Assembly: GCA_013239625.1 (NCBI GenBank)
Contig: MU053136.1
Span: 390,017-454,016 of the forward strand
DNA: 64,000 nucleotides
Direction: 5' to 3'
DNA from: Lama guanicoe
Lineage: Eukaryota
Part shown: one piece after another, positions 27,380 through 39,426 of the stretch
Layout of the letters: every line of letters begins with the position of its first letter
Position numbering within the stretch: the stretch's first letter is position 1
Notes under the pieces: model-generated
Seen by the model: the letters and a program-made list of their open reading frames with translations, nothing else
What the model was told of the DNA's origin: nothing
Databases searched by the model: none
Made by a program: the position numbers and the translations under genes

Positions 27380-27620
27380 TTTTTTTTTCTTCTCACTTTA
27401 TTTTTTTTTTAATTTACATATAGGTACTGTTCATTGTTTCTAAGAATAGTTTAGAACTTTAGCATTTCAGATTTACAGTTATCAAAGGAATAAAGCCAAC
27501 CACAAAATAAGAATCGTGGAAAGGACAATCAGATGTAGTTACACATATTCAAGAAATCAGTCTACTAAATAATAAGTAGTTCACTTCTGTCTTTTTTTTT
27601 AGATTCCACATATAAGAATT
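27380..27620 (-). mobile_element. L1-derived retroposed fragment with a non-standard 3' tail
   Basis: Poly-T head; 16-bp degenerate TSD tgggttctccttttct / tgggttttctttttct; ends in the L1 motif tttagattccacatataag; about 110 nt shared with 33430-33570. Confidence 0.75.
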
Positions 27621-29941
27621 TGGGTTTTCTTTTTCTATTGCTGTTGGAATATAGATATATTGTTAGTTTTGGTACATTGATCTTCATTTCAAGTGAGCTC
27701 TTTTGGCTCAATTAGTCCTTAGAGTTTCTTAGATTCTACACAGTCACATTGCTAAATTTAGGGAATTTTTTTGTCTTTCTAATTCTTGTACCTCATATTT
27801 CTTTTTTGTGTCTTACTGCTATTGTTTAAGTGCTCACATTCAGTATTGAATAGAGACAGTGATGGTGAGTGTCGTCCCTGACTCTAGTGGATGTTCTTCT
27901 TTCCTGTTAAACTCAGTAATTGTAATACTAGCTGCAATTTATTAAGTTGCATACCTTGTGCCAGGTACTACGCCAGTGATTTGTTTCTGATTTTTGTAAT
28001 ATCTTGCAAAGCAGGTACAATTATCCTCATTTTTATAGATTAGGTTCAGAGAGGTAGTTTGCCAGTTACATGATTAGTGAGTTGAAAGCCTGCAAATCAG
28101 TCACTGTTAGGCCTTGTGCTTTACCTTGAGGAAAATCTTGAGATTTTCCTCAAGAATTAGAAAGTCTTGCTAAAATGAAATACGTACTGATATTTTCTTT
28201 ATCTATGAATTCTCTGACTGCTCTATGCTATAAAACAGCACATACATACTCCCTCAGTACTCACCATCCATAAACATTACTTATTGCTTCCTTTTATGTC
28301 CATTTGATGTGAATGAACAGTATTGTTTTTTAGTCTTAGTTATGACTTAATTCAGAGTCATAAGCAGATTTTACTATCAGAATCACCAGTAACTTCCTGT
28401 TCTACTTATTGTTTTTGTTTCTTTAGACATTTGATACCTTATTTGCCATCCAGATGTGGAGAAAGTTTTGGAAATTTATCTGAAGCCTCACTCTTCCCAC
28501 TCGTATAAACTTTCTTTTCTTTTTAGGATTTTTCTTATGGTAGGTTAAACATACATTAGAGAATGGTCTAGTGAACCACCATGAATTCAGTTTCGATACA
28601 GTCTCCCCCACACTTAAAAAAAATTGGAATTTTTTTTGCAATTATGAATAGAGCAGCTATAAATATTCTTATACAGGTTTTGTATGAGTGTAAGTTCTCA
28701 TTTCTCCAAGTTAAATATCTAGGAATGGGATTGCTGGGTCATATGGTAAATGTATTTTCACTGTATAAGAAACTACCAAACTTATCCAGAGTGACTCTGC
28801 CAACATATGAGAACCAGCTGCTGTATATCATCAGTAGGAGTATCAGCATTTTATGTATTAAGTCCTTTGCCCATTTTTAAACTGGGTTATTTTCTTATCA
28901 TTGAGTCTTGAGAGTTCTTTATATATTCTGGATATAAATCATTTGTTGAATACATAATTTGCATATTTTTTCTTCCATCTGGAAGCTTGTCTTTTTATCG
29001 TAGCAGTGTCTTTTGCAGAATTAAAGTTTTAAATTTTGATTGAGTCCAGCTTACCAATTTTTTTCTTTTATGGATTGTGCTTTTGGTATCTTGTTTTAAG
29101 AATTCCTTGCCTAATCTCAGGTCTTAAAGATTTACTACTCCTATAAATGCTTTTCTGCATCAGTTAAAATGATCAGATTTTTTCTTCTTTAGATCCAATC
29201 TAGTGGATTACACTGCTTTTCAAAAATTGAACAAGCTTTGCATTCTCAGAACAGACTCCACTTGCATTGTCCTGTTTCTGTATCTGATTTGCTAATACTT
29301 TGTTGAGACATTTAGCATCTTTGTTTTTGAGGATATTGGTCTATAGTTTTCTTGTAATAATCTTTGCCTGGCTTAGGTATCAGGGTAACCCTAGCCTCAT
29401 AAAATGATTTGGGAGGTGTTTCCTTCTCTTCTGTTTTCTGAAAAGATTATAGAATTGGTACTGTTTGTTCTGCAGATGTGCCAAAATTTACCAGAGAAAA
29501 TATCTGGTCCTGTAGATTTCTTTAATAGTTACAGGATTATTCAAGTTATCTAATCCATCTCGGGTGGCTTTTAATAATTTCTGGTTTCCAACAAAGTGGC
29601 CTATTTCAACTAAGCAGCTGAATTTCTGTGTTAAGAACTGTGTGTATGCTCTTACTATCTTTTTAATATCATAGACTCTGTAGTGATATCTTTTTTTTTT
29701 TACATTCCTGTTATTAATGTCCTTTTTCTCTCTGTCAGTATTGCTAGAGGTTTGTCAATTTTATTGATCTTTTCAAAGAACCAGCTTTTGGTTCATTGAT
29801 TTTTTCCCCCTTATTTTCAATATCATTGATTTGTGCTTTTTATTATTAACTTCATTCTGATTACTTTGAGTTCATTTTGCTCTTCTTTTTTTAGTTTCTT
29901 AAAGGTAGAAAGTTAGATTATTGATATGAGATCTTTCTACT

Positions 29942-30284
29942 TGTATTAGTCACCTCAGGCTGTCATAACAAAATACCACAGAGTGAGTGGCTTAAACAAC
30001 AAAAAATTATTTCTCACAGTTCTGGAGGCTGGAAAGTCCAAGATCAATGTACCAGCAAGGTAGTTTTCATTCTGGAGCCTCTACTCTTGGTTTGTGGGCA
30101 GTTGCCCTCTAGCTGTGTGCTCATATGACTTCTTGTGCATGCTGGGGAGGGAAAAAGGGCAAACTCCCTGTGTAATCTTATTTAACCCTAATTCTTCCTT
30201 ACAGGCCTCATTCCATGTATGCCACACTGGGTTAGGGTTTCAGCATATGAATTTTGGAGGGACACAAATATTTAGTACATGACA
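29942..30284 (-). mobile_element. MaLR MLT1A-like solo LTR
   Basis: tgtattagtc...cataacaaaataccacaga...ctcacagttctggaggctgg...gggacacaaat...aca; 5-bp TSD ctact / ctaat. Confidence 0.9.
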
Positions 30285-30622
30285 CTAATTTCTAATATAA
30301 GCAGGTAGTACTACATACATATTTCCCTCTAAGTTTGCATCCCACACATTTTGATATGTTTTATCTACAACTCTGTTCAGTTCAGAATGTTTTCCAATTT
30401 CCCTTGAGACTACTTTGGCCCATGAATCATTTAAAGGGTGTTATATAATTTCTAAGCATTTGGAGGTGTACCCGTCATATATTTGTTATTGATTTCTAAC
30501 TAATTCCATTATGGTCAGAGAAGATACTTTGTGTAATTTTAGTTCTTTCAAATTTGTTAAGGTTTTATGATTCAGCGTATATGGTCTATCTTGGTGAACA
30601 TTCCATAAGCACCTGAAAAGAA

Positions 30623-30694
30623 GTACTGGGGACTGAACCCAGGACCTCATGCATGCTAAGCATACTCTACCACTGAGCTATAACTCCCACCTCC
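30623..30694 (-). mobile_element. Camelid-type SINE lacking its 3' tail
   Basis: gtactggggactgaacccaggacctcatgcatgctaagcatactctaccactgagctata. Confidence 0.88.
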
Positions 30695-31104
30695 TATATA
30701 TATTTTGTTTTTATTTGGAGTGTTCTAAAAACATCAGTTAGATCCTGTTGTATGATGATATTGTTCACTTTTTCTGTGTCTTTGCTAATTTTTTGTCTAA
30801 TGGTTCTATCTATTCCTGAAAGAAGGGTGTTGAAATATCCAGCTGTAGTTGTGTATGTCTATTTTTCCTTTCAATTCTTAGATTTTGTTTTTTGTATTAT
30901 GAAGTTCTGTTGTTAGGTGCATAGATATCTAGAATTTTTGTCTCCTTGGTAAATTGTCCTTTTTTTTATCATTATGTGATGTTCTTCTTTATCCCTGATA
31001 ATTTCTTTGCTCTGAGGTCTATTTTATCTAATACTGATATAGCCATTCCAGCTTTTTTTGATTAGTGTTTATATAGTATATCTTTTTCAACCTTTAAAAT
31101 TTTA

Positions 31105-31385
31105 AATTAGTATTTTTTTTTAGAACAGTTTTAGGTTTACAGAAAAATTGAGCAGAAAGTACACAGAATTCTTATATACCACCCTCACCCAATGCACAGT
31201 TTCCCCTGTTATTAACATTTTGCATTACTTTGGTACATGTATTACAATTGATAAGCCAATATTGATACATTATTATTAACTAAAGTCTATAGTTTAAATT
31301 AGGTTTCACTCTTTGTACTGTGCAGTTCTGTGGTTTTTGGCAAATGTATGTCATGTATCCACTATTAAAGTACCATACAAAATAG
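31105..31385 (-). mobile_element. L1MC-like 3' end
   Basis: ttttagaacagttttaggtttacagaaaaattgagcagaaagtac...attattaactaaagtctatagttta. Confidence 0.8.
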
Positions 31386-31819
31386 TTCATTCCATTTGCT
31401 TTTAATCTGCCTATAACATTATATTTGAAGTGACTTCTTGATTTCTTTGGACAATCTGTCTTTTAATTGGCATTTTTAGACCATTTAATGTAATTATTGA
31501 TGTTTTAGACCATTTTATTTGTTTTTTCTTTGTTCCTATTTTTAATCATCTGATGAGCCCCTTTTCCTGCCTTTTGAGTCATTTGAACATTTTCTAGTAT
31601 TCCACTTTAATCATTTACATTTATATATTAGGTTTTGACTGTATCTTTTTGTATAGAGTTTTATTGATTGCTCTGGAAATCTCTTTTTCTCTTTTTCTCT
31701 CAACACACACGAATATATGTGTATATGTGTATATATGTGTGCATATACACAAACCTAACTTTTAAGTCTACTTGAATTACTATTTGAAATTTCAGGTGGA
31801 ATGTCAAAACCTTTCCACC

Positions 31820-32033
31820 TAAACAACAAGAACCTACTGTATAGCACAGGGAACAATACTCCATATCTTGTAATAACCTATAATGGAAAAGAATCTGAAA
31901 AAGAATATATATATATTCTCTCTCTCTATATATATGTGTGTGTGTGTATGTATATATATATGAATCATTTTGTATACACCTGAAACTAATACAACATTGT
32001 AAATCAACTATACTTCAATTAAAAAATTAAAAA
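31820..32033 (+). mobile_element. Artiodactyl-type L1 3' end containing a TA/TC/TG microsatellite
   Basis: aaacaacaagaacctactgtatagcacagggaac...acattgtaaatcaactatacttcaatt + A tail; TSD-like ctttccacc on both sides. Confidence 0.88.
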
Positions 32034-32482
32034 AAACTTTCCACCATATAGGTTCCTTTCCTATCCCCTACCTTAATGTTATAGTTGCCTTGTCTGTTAC
32101 ATTTATCTACATGCATTGAAAACTTCATGAGGTAATCTTATAATTTTTCCTTCCAAGCATCAAAACATTTTAGAGAACTCAGTAGGTGAAGAATAGTCTG
32201 TGTAACCAGATACTTAGCATTCCTATTTTTCTTCCCTCATTCCTGGCGTTCTGAATTTTATTGTATTATTTTTCACCTTTTTAAACAACTTTCTTTGGTC
32301 ATTCTTTTAGAGCAGGTATGCTTGCAATGAATTCTTACTTTTCTTCATCTAAAGATACCTTTATGTCATCTTTATTCCTGATGGGTATTTTCTCTGGACA
32401 CAGAATTCTGTGTTTATGGTTCTTTCCTTTCAGCACTTTAAACGTGTTATTCTACTTCCCTCTAATCTTCATATTTTCTTGC

Positions 32483-32654
32483 TTTTTTTTTTTTAATTTT
32501 TTGAGGGTAAGTAATTGAGTTTCTTCCTTCCTTCCTTCCTTCCTTCCTTCCTTCCTTCCTTCCTTCCTTCCTTCCTTCCTAGAGATACCAGGGATTGAAC
32601 CCAGGACGTTGCGCATGCTAACAGGTGCTCTACCACTGAGCTATACCTTGCCCT
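32483..32654 (-). mobile_element. Camelid-type SINE with internal (TTCC)n at 32521-32580
   Basis: agggattgaacccaggac...ctctaccactgagctatacc; microsatellite directly visible. Confidence 0.9.
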
Positions 32655-32902
32655 GTAGTCTTTGTAGTTTCTGATGGGAAATATGAAGTCATTCAAATCA
32701 TTTTTCCCTTAATAAGTACTGTATCATTTTTATCTGGTTACTTTCAAGATCTGTTCTTCTTCTTTAGTTTTTATGTGTTAGATTATGATGAGTCCAGGAG
32801 TGAGTTTTGTTGTGTTTATCCTGTTTGGGGATAGCTGAGCTTCTTAATTCTATAGGTTTATGTCTTTTGTCAAGTTTGTGAAGTTTTGCCCCTTAATTCT
32901 TC

Positions 32903-33430
32903 TTTTTTTAAAATAAGACTTTTTTTTAGATAAAGTTCTTTTAGAGCAGTTTCAGGTTCACAGCAGAATTGAGCAGAAAATACAGAGAGTTCACACATAG
33001 CCCTCCCCACCCACACATATATACTCCCCTACCCTCAACATCCCTCATCAATATGGCATAATTGGTACAGTCAATGAACCAACATGGGCACATTATTATC
33101 AACCAAAGTCCATAGTTTACATTAGGGTTCACTCTTGATGTTGTACATTCTATGGGTTTTGACAAATGCGTAATGACTTGTAGCCACCACTATAGTATCA
33201 GACAGAATAATTTCATTGCCTTAGAAATCCCTTGTACTCCATCTGTTCATTCCTCCCTCCCTCCCTCTCCACAAACCCTGAAACCATGATCTTTTTATTG
33301 TTTCTGTAGCTATGCCTTTTCCAGAATGTCATTTGATTGGAATTGTAGTTTGTAGCCTTTTCAGCCTGGCTTCTTTCATTAGTAATATGTCTTTTAAGTT
33401 TCTTCCATGTCTTTCATGGCGTGATAGATC
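32903..33430 (-). mobile_element. L1MC-like 3' end
   Basis: ttttagagcagtttcaggttcacagcagaattgagcagaaaatacagagagttc...catagtttacattagggttcactctt. Confidence 0.85.
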
Positions 33431-33770
33431 TTTTTTTTTTTTTAACTGCACATGTATTTTTAATTTACATATATGTACTGTTCATTGTTTCTAAGAATAT
33501 TTAGAGCTTTAGCTTTTTAAACTTACATAGTTATCAAAGGAATAAAGCCAACCACAATATAAGAACTAACTTAAAAAAAAAGATACATACACCCTGCTAT
33601 TTACAGGAACATTATTTGTAATTGCCAAGATATGGAAGCATCCTAAGTGCACATCAATAGTTGAATAGATATTGGAGATGCAGTGTATATAATATGTGTA
33701 ACAGAATACAACTCACCCATAAAAAAGAAGGCTGTTTTGCCATTTGTAGCCCTTTATTCACTTTTTTTTT

Positions 33771-33806
33771 NNNNNNNNNNNNNNNNNNNNNNNNNNNNNN
33801 NNNNNN
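33771..33806. other. Assembly gap (36 N)
   Basis: Run of n characters. Confidence 1.
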
Positions 33807-34090
33807 GGCAGATACAATTACATCAAAAACAACAAAATACCTAGAAATGAACTTAACCAAGGAGGTTACGTATACTCTGAAAACTGAAATGACACAAGGA
33901 AATGGAAAGATTTCTTGTGCTCTTGGATTGGAAGAATCAGCACTGTGAAAATGACCACACTACCCAAAGCAATCCACAGATCCATTGCAGTCCCCATCAA
34001 AATATTCACAACATTTCTCACAGAACTAGAACAAAGAATTCCAAAATTTATAAGGAACCACAGAAAGACCCCGAACAGCCAAAACAATCT
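33807..34090 (+). mobile_element. L1 ORF2 internal fragment
   Basis: KYLEMNLTKEV and CSWIGRISTVKMTTLPKAIHRSIAVPIKI...ELEQRIPKFI are L1 ORF2 motifs. Confidence 0.9.
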
Positions 34091-35995
34091 ATTGTAAGTC
34101 TCTTTTTTTTCCTCTTTCTTCTTTTTGTTCTCTTTTCTTATGGTTTGATGACTAGAGAAGTTCCTTTAACATTTGTTGTAAAGCTGGTTTGGTGGTGCTG
34201 AAATCTTTCAGCTTTTGTTTATCTGTGAAGCTTTTGATTTCTCCATCAAGTCTGAACGAGAGTCTTGCTAGATAGTATTCTTGGCTGTAAGTTTCCCCCT
34301 TGCATCACTTTAAATGTATCGTGCCACTCCCTTCTGGCCTGTAAAGTTTCTGCTGAAAAATCAGCTGATAACCTTATGGAAGTTCCCTTGTATGTTATTT
34401 GTTGTTTTTCTCTTGCTAGTTTTAATATTTTCTCCTTATCCTTAATTGTTGTCAATTTGATGACTATGTGCCTTGGTGTGTTCCTCTTTGGGCTGAGTCT
34501 TTGTGGTACTCTCTGTGCCTCCAGGACGTGGGTGACTGTTTCCTTTCCCAACTTGGGGACGTTTTTGGTTATTATCTCAACAAAAATTTTCTCAGGTCCT
34601 TTCTCTCTTCTCTTTCTGAGACCCCTATAATGTGAATATTAGAGCGCAGTATGTTGTCCCAGAGTTCTCTTACACTATCCTCATTAGTTTTTATTCTTTT
34701 TTCTGTTCTGAGTAGTGATTTCCACTAATCTGTCTTCTAGCTCACTGATCCGTTCTTCTGCCTCATTTAGTTTGTTCTTGGTTCCTTCTAGTGTATTGTT
34801 CATTTCAGTGATTTTATTCAACTCTGTTTCGGTATTTATATTTTTCAACTCTGCTAAAAACTTCACTCTGTGCATCTATACTCCTCTTGAGTTCTCTGAA
34901 CATCTTGGCTATCATTACTTTAAACTCTTTTTCAGATAAATTACCTATCTCCTCATCACTTATTTCTTCTGGGATTTTATCTTGTGCCTTGGCCTGGGAG
35001 ATACTCCTTTGCTGCCTCATATCGCCTATCTTTCTATATGTTTGTGGATTCCTTCCGTAGGCTTTGGGATTATTGTTTCCTTATTTCTGGTATCTGCCCC
35101 TGGTGGATGAGGATGGACCAGAGGCTTATGCAGGTTTCCTGGCAGGAGGAGCCGGTGCCTGCCCACTGCTGGGTGAAGCTTGGTCTTGGACCTCTGGTGG
35201 GTAGGGCTATGTCTAGAGGCCTTTGTGGCTCAGGAAGTCTGCTGATGGGGTGGGGGGGGGGCTGTGTTCCCACCCTGCGTGTTGTTTGGCCTGAGGCTTC
35301 CCTACAGGATGTTGGGTGGGGCTAGGTCTTGGTGCTAATGATCCAATCAAGACGTCAGCCTCCAGGAAAGCTCTTGTAGATGAACACTCCTAAACGTCAG
35401 CCTCCAGGAAAGCTCATGTAGATGAACACTCCTAGAATGTCTGCCACCAGCTTTTATGTCCCCTGGGTGAGCCGCAGCCACCCCCCACGTCCCCAGGAGA
35501 CCCTCCAAATCCAGCAGGCAGGTCTGGCCCAGGTTCCTATGAGATCACTACCTCTGCCCTTGGACCTGGTGCATGAGTTTCCGTATGCTTCTCAAGTGAG
35601 TAGAGTCTCCATTTCCCCCAGTCCCATGATGCTCCCAGAGCCAAGACCCCCCCTGGCCTTCAAAACCAGATGTCCTGGGGTCTCCTTCTCTTCCCAATGC
35701 CAGGACCCAAGCTGGGGAGCCTGACATAGGGCTTCGAGCACTCACTCCTGTGGGAGGGCCTCTGCAACTTAACAAATCTTCAGCTTGTGGGTCACCCACC
35801 CAATTATATCGCAAGCATGCCCCTCCTACCATCCTGCTGTGGTTCCCTCTTTATGTTTCCAGTTGCAGAAGGTCTTTTTTGCTAGGTTCCACTCTGTTTT
35901 TGATGGTTGTTTAGCGTTCAGTTGTGGTTTCATTGTAGTCATGAGGAGAGGCAAGCTTGTGGTCCTATCACTCTGCCATCTTGACCACAACTCCC
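34091..35995 (-). mobile_element. L1 5'UTR plus frameshifted ORF1
   Basis: Minus ORFs 35020-34814 (MRQQR...EKEFKVMIAKM), 34875-34684 (coiled coil, EAEERISELEDR) and 34551-34246 (TPRHIVIKL...IRLSADFSAETLQARREW) are ORF1 pieces in shifted frames; 5' end GGGAG...CAAGATGGC at 35995-35975. Confidence 0.93.
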
Positions 35996-37739
35996 ATTAA
36001 TTCTTAAAATATGTCGTCACAGTCCTTCTCCCCTCTTTCTGGGACACTGATGCCCCAAATACTAGATTTTTGGTATTGTCCTGCAGGTCCTTGATAATCT
36101 GTTCTTTTTTCCCTCCTAATCTTTTTTCTCTTTGTTAGTCAGATTTGTCATTGATTAAATTTGATATTTCTATTGAAATTTGATCTGTCTTCAGATTCAC
36201 TGACTCTTCTGTTATTTCTGTTCTGCTATTGAACCCATCAAGTGAGTGTTTATGTTTTTGTTGCTGTATTTTTTAATTCTAAAATTTCCATTTAGTTCTT
36301 CCTTATGTCCTCTTTCTTTCCTGAGACATTCTTTCTGTTTGTTTCAGGAGTGTTTTCCCTATATTGTTGGAGAATTTTATATAATAGCTGCTTAAATAGG
36401 TTAGTTAAAATAGATAGATAATTTCAATATCTGTGTCAACTCCATGTTTTATCTATTCGTCTCTTTGTCTATTCAGATTGAGATTATCTTGGTTCTTTAT
36501 ATGCTAAGTAATCTTGGATTATATACTGAAAAATTTTAATATTATATTAGAAGGGATCTGGGTCTTGTTTAAATGTCATGATGAGTGTTGACTTTTATTT
36601 TAACAGACTTTTTGACCTTGTTGAATTCAGCTTACAAAATCTGTCAAGTCTTCAGTGGATGGTGATTCCAAAATCATTTTAATTTCTAAGCTTTTACAGT
36701 GCTATTTAGATCTGCTTTGCATGTGCAGTATCCGTTAACTCATATGGGACTTGGCTAGTGGCTATTATAATTCAAGTTCACCTTATTGTTAGGAGATACA
36801 TGCTGAATTATTTTAGATGTGAAAGGTCATTATGAGAACATCAGATAGTTCTGAAAAAAAATTTATGCACACAGATACATACATGTAGTAAATCTGTATG
36901 TGAATCTAGGTGACTATTATACTATTTTTTGCAAATTCTCTGTGTTAGAAAAAATATATATAGGTCAAAAACATGGCATTCCTCTCCTTAAAAACTCCCA
37001 GTGGCCTCTCATCTCCCTAAGTGTGAAAAAGCCAGATTCCTTTCATTGGTTTGTTTTGCCCTTCAGGGGTAGTCTTCACACTCCATAATGACTTCTCACC
37101 TCACTCAGAGTAAAAGCCAGAATTTTTTCTTTTCCTTCTAATCTATATGACCCTTGATTTATTTATTTCATATTCCTAGAGCTTATCCTAGTTTTTGACC
37201 TATAGTAGGAGCACAAAGACACAACAAATACATGTTTGAATGAATGACTAGTTGTATCTTTGCAACAGGTTTTATTGTTTTCCTTAGGATGTCTGAACCC
37301 CACCTGTATGTTGTTTTGTGTTATTGCAGACCCTGCACCACCTATGATGTCTTTTACTTGCTATAGCAATAGAGATTATTACTACCTTTCCTTAGGCTTT
37401 TAAAAATTAGGACCTGAAAGTCATTTCTAATCTTCTGTCCCAGAGCCATGCTTACTTTAAAGAACCATTACTCTTTTCTTGATGTCCTTTGTACCACTTG
37501 CTTTATTTTAATATGTTTTTCTTTATCCCCATCCATATGCTATATTCTTATTCTTTCTCATCAGTCCTATCAGTAAGGTACCTTCATGGTTTCCTCATTA
37601 CCCCATTTTATAGCCAAAGTCTTCTCTCCATCCTTTTGGGGGCAGATATAAGAGGAGGAACAGATAGCTACTAGTGTCCCATGTTGCCTACCTTCTTCCC
37701 TGAAATGAAAAATGATTTATTAAATATAGCTTGCTGGAA

Positions 37740-39426
37740 GTACAACATTTTTCACGGAACTAGAACAAATAATCCTAAAATTTATATGGAATCACAAAAG
37801 ATTCAGAATTGCCAAAGCAGTACTGTGAAAAAGAGAAGCTGGAGGAATAACCCTCCCACACTTCAGACAATACTACAGAGCTACAGTAATCAAAACAGTG
37901 TGATATTGGCACAAAAACAGACATATGGATCAGTGGAATAGAATAGAGAGCCCAGAAATAAACTGACACATGTACAGTTAATTAATCTTTGACAAAGGAG
38001 GCAAGACTCTACAATGGAGAAAAGACAGTCTCTTGAGCAAGTGGTGTTGGGAAAACTGGGCAGCTGCATGTAAATCAGCGAAGTTAGAACACTCCCTCAC
38101 ACCACACACAAAAATTAACTCAAAATGGCCTTAAGACTTAGACATAAGACAAGATACTATATGCCTCCTAAATGAGAACATGGGCAAAACATTTTCTGAA
38201 ATAAATCTTAACAATGTTCTAGGACAGTCTACCCAGGCAATAGAAATAAAAGCAAAAATAAACAAATGGGACCTAATTAAATGTATACGCTTTTGCACAG
38301 CAAAGGAGACCATAAACAAAACAAAAAGCCTACGGAATGGAAGAAGATACTTGCAAATGATGCAACTGGCAAGGGCTTAATTCAAGAATATACAAACAGC
38401 TCATACAACTTAATAACAGAAAAACAAACAATCCAATCCAAAAATGGGCAGAAGACCTAAACAAGCAATTCTCCAGTGAAGACATACAAATGGCCAATAG
38501 GTACATGTAAAAATGCTCAGTATTGCTAGTTATAAGAGAATTGCAGATCAGAACTACAATGAGGTATCACCTCACACCAGTCAGAATGGCCATCTTTAAA
38601 AAGTCCACAAATGATAAATGCTGCAGAGGGTGTAGAGAAAAAAGTAACCCTTCTACACTGTTGGTGGGAATGTAGTTTGATGCAGCCAGTATGGAGATTG
38701 CTCAAAAAACTAAAAATAGAGTTACCATATGATCGATCCAGCAGTTCCACTCCTGGCCATATATCAGGAGGGAACTATAATTCGAAAAGATACAATGTTC
38801 ACAGCAGCACTATTTACAGTAGCCAAGACACGGAAACAACTTAAATGTCCATTGACAGATGACTGGATAAAGAAGTTGTGGTACATATATACTATGGAAT
38901 ACTACCCAGTCATAAAAAAGAATAAAATAATACCATTTGCAACAATGTGGATGAACCCAAAGATTGTCATTCTAAGTGAAGTAAGCCAGAAGGAGAAAGA
39001 AAAATGCCATGTGATATTACTCATATGTGGAATCTTTAAAAAAAGACATAAATGAACTTATTTACAAAATAGAAACAGATTCACAGACATAGAGAACAAA
39101 TTTATGGTTACCAGGGGGAAAGGGGGTGGGAAGGGGTAAATTGGGAGTTCGAGATTTGCAGATACTAACTACTATATATAAAATAGATAAACAACAAGTT
39201 TATACTCTGTAACACAGGAAACTATGTTCAGTATCTTATAGTAACCTATAATGAAAAAGAATATGAAAAGTAATGTATGTATCTATATGTATGACTGAAA
39301 CATTATTCTGTACACTAGATATTGATGCAACATTGTAAACTGACTATACTTCAATTTTAAAAAATAAATTAATTTAAAAAATTAAAAAATAAAAAAGGTA
39401 ATTGAAAAGCAAAAATCAAGCAAGCA
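37740..39426 (+). mobile_element. 5'-truncated artiodactyl/camelid L1 (ORF2 C-terminus + 3'UTR), sense to host
   Basis: ORF pieces KAKINKWDLIK and MFTAALFTVAKTRKQLKCPLTDDWIKKLWYIYTMEYY; A tail; TSD agcttgctggaa at 37728-37739 and 39427-39438. Confidence 0.95.

Larger units (their letters stand above)
26205..27900 (-). mobile_element. Old, highly diverged L1 ORF2 remnants
   Basis: cttaatttgcattttcctaatt..., ttggaattgcattgaatttatagattaa..., cagtattgaatagagacagtgatggtgag. Confidence 0.7.
28610..32900 (-). mobile_element. Large old L1 remnant (ORF2 to ORF1 region) hosting several later insertions; resumes at ~35996-36750
   Basis: Antisense L1 motifs ttgctagaggtttgtcaattttattgatcttttcaaagaaccagcttttgg and cagaattctgtgtttatggttctttcctttcagcactttaaac. 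Confidence 0.8.

Noticed and set aside
3877..39055. Numerous 60-146 aa ORFs overlapping L1 elements
   Set aside because: Frameshifted L1 ORF1/ORF2 remnants or antisense frames of L1; no intact ORF1 or ORF2, so no autonomous element.
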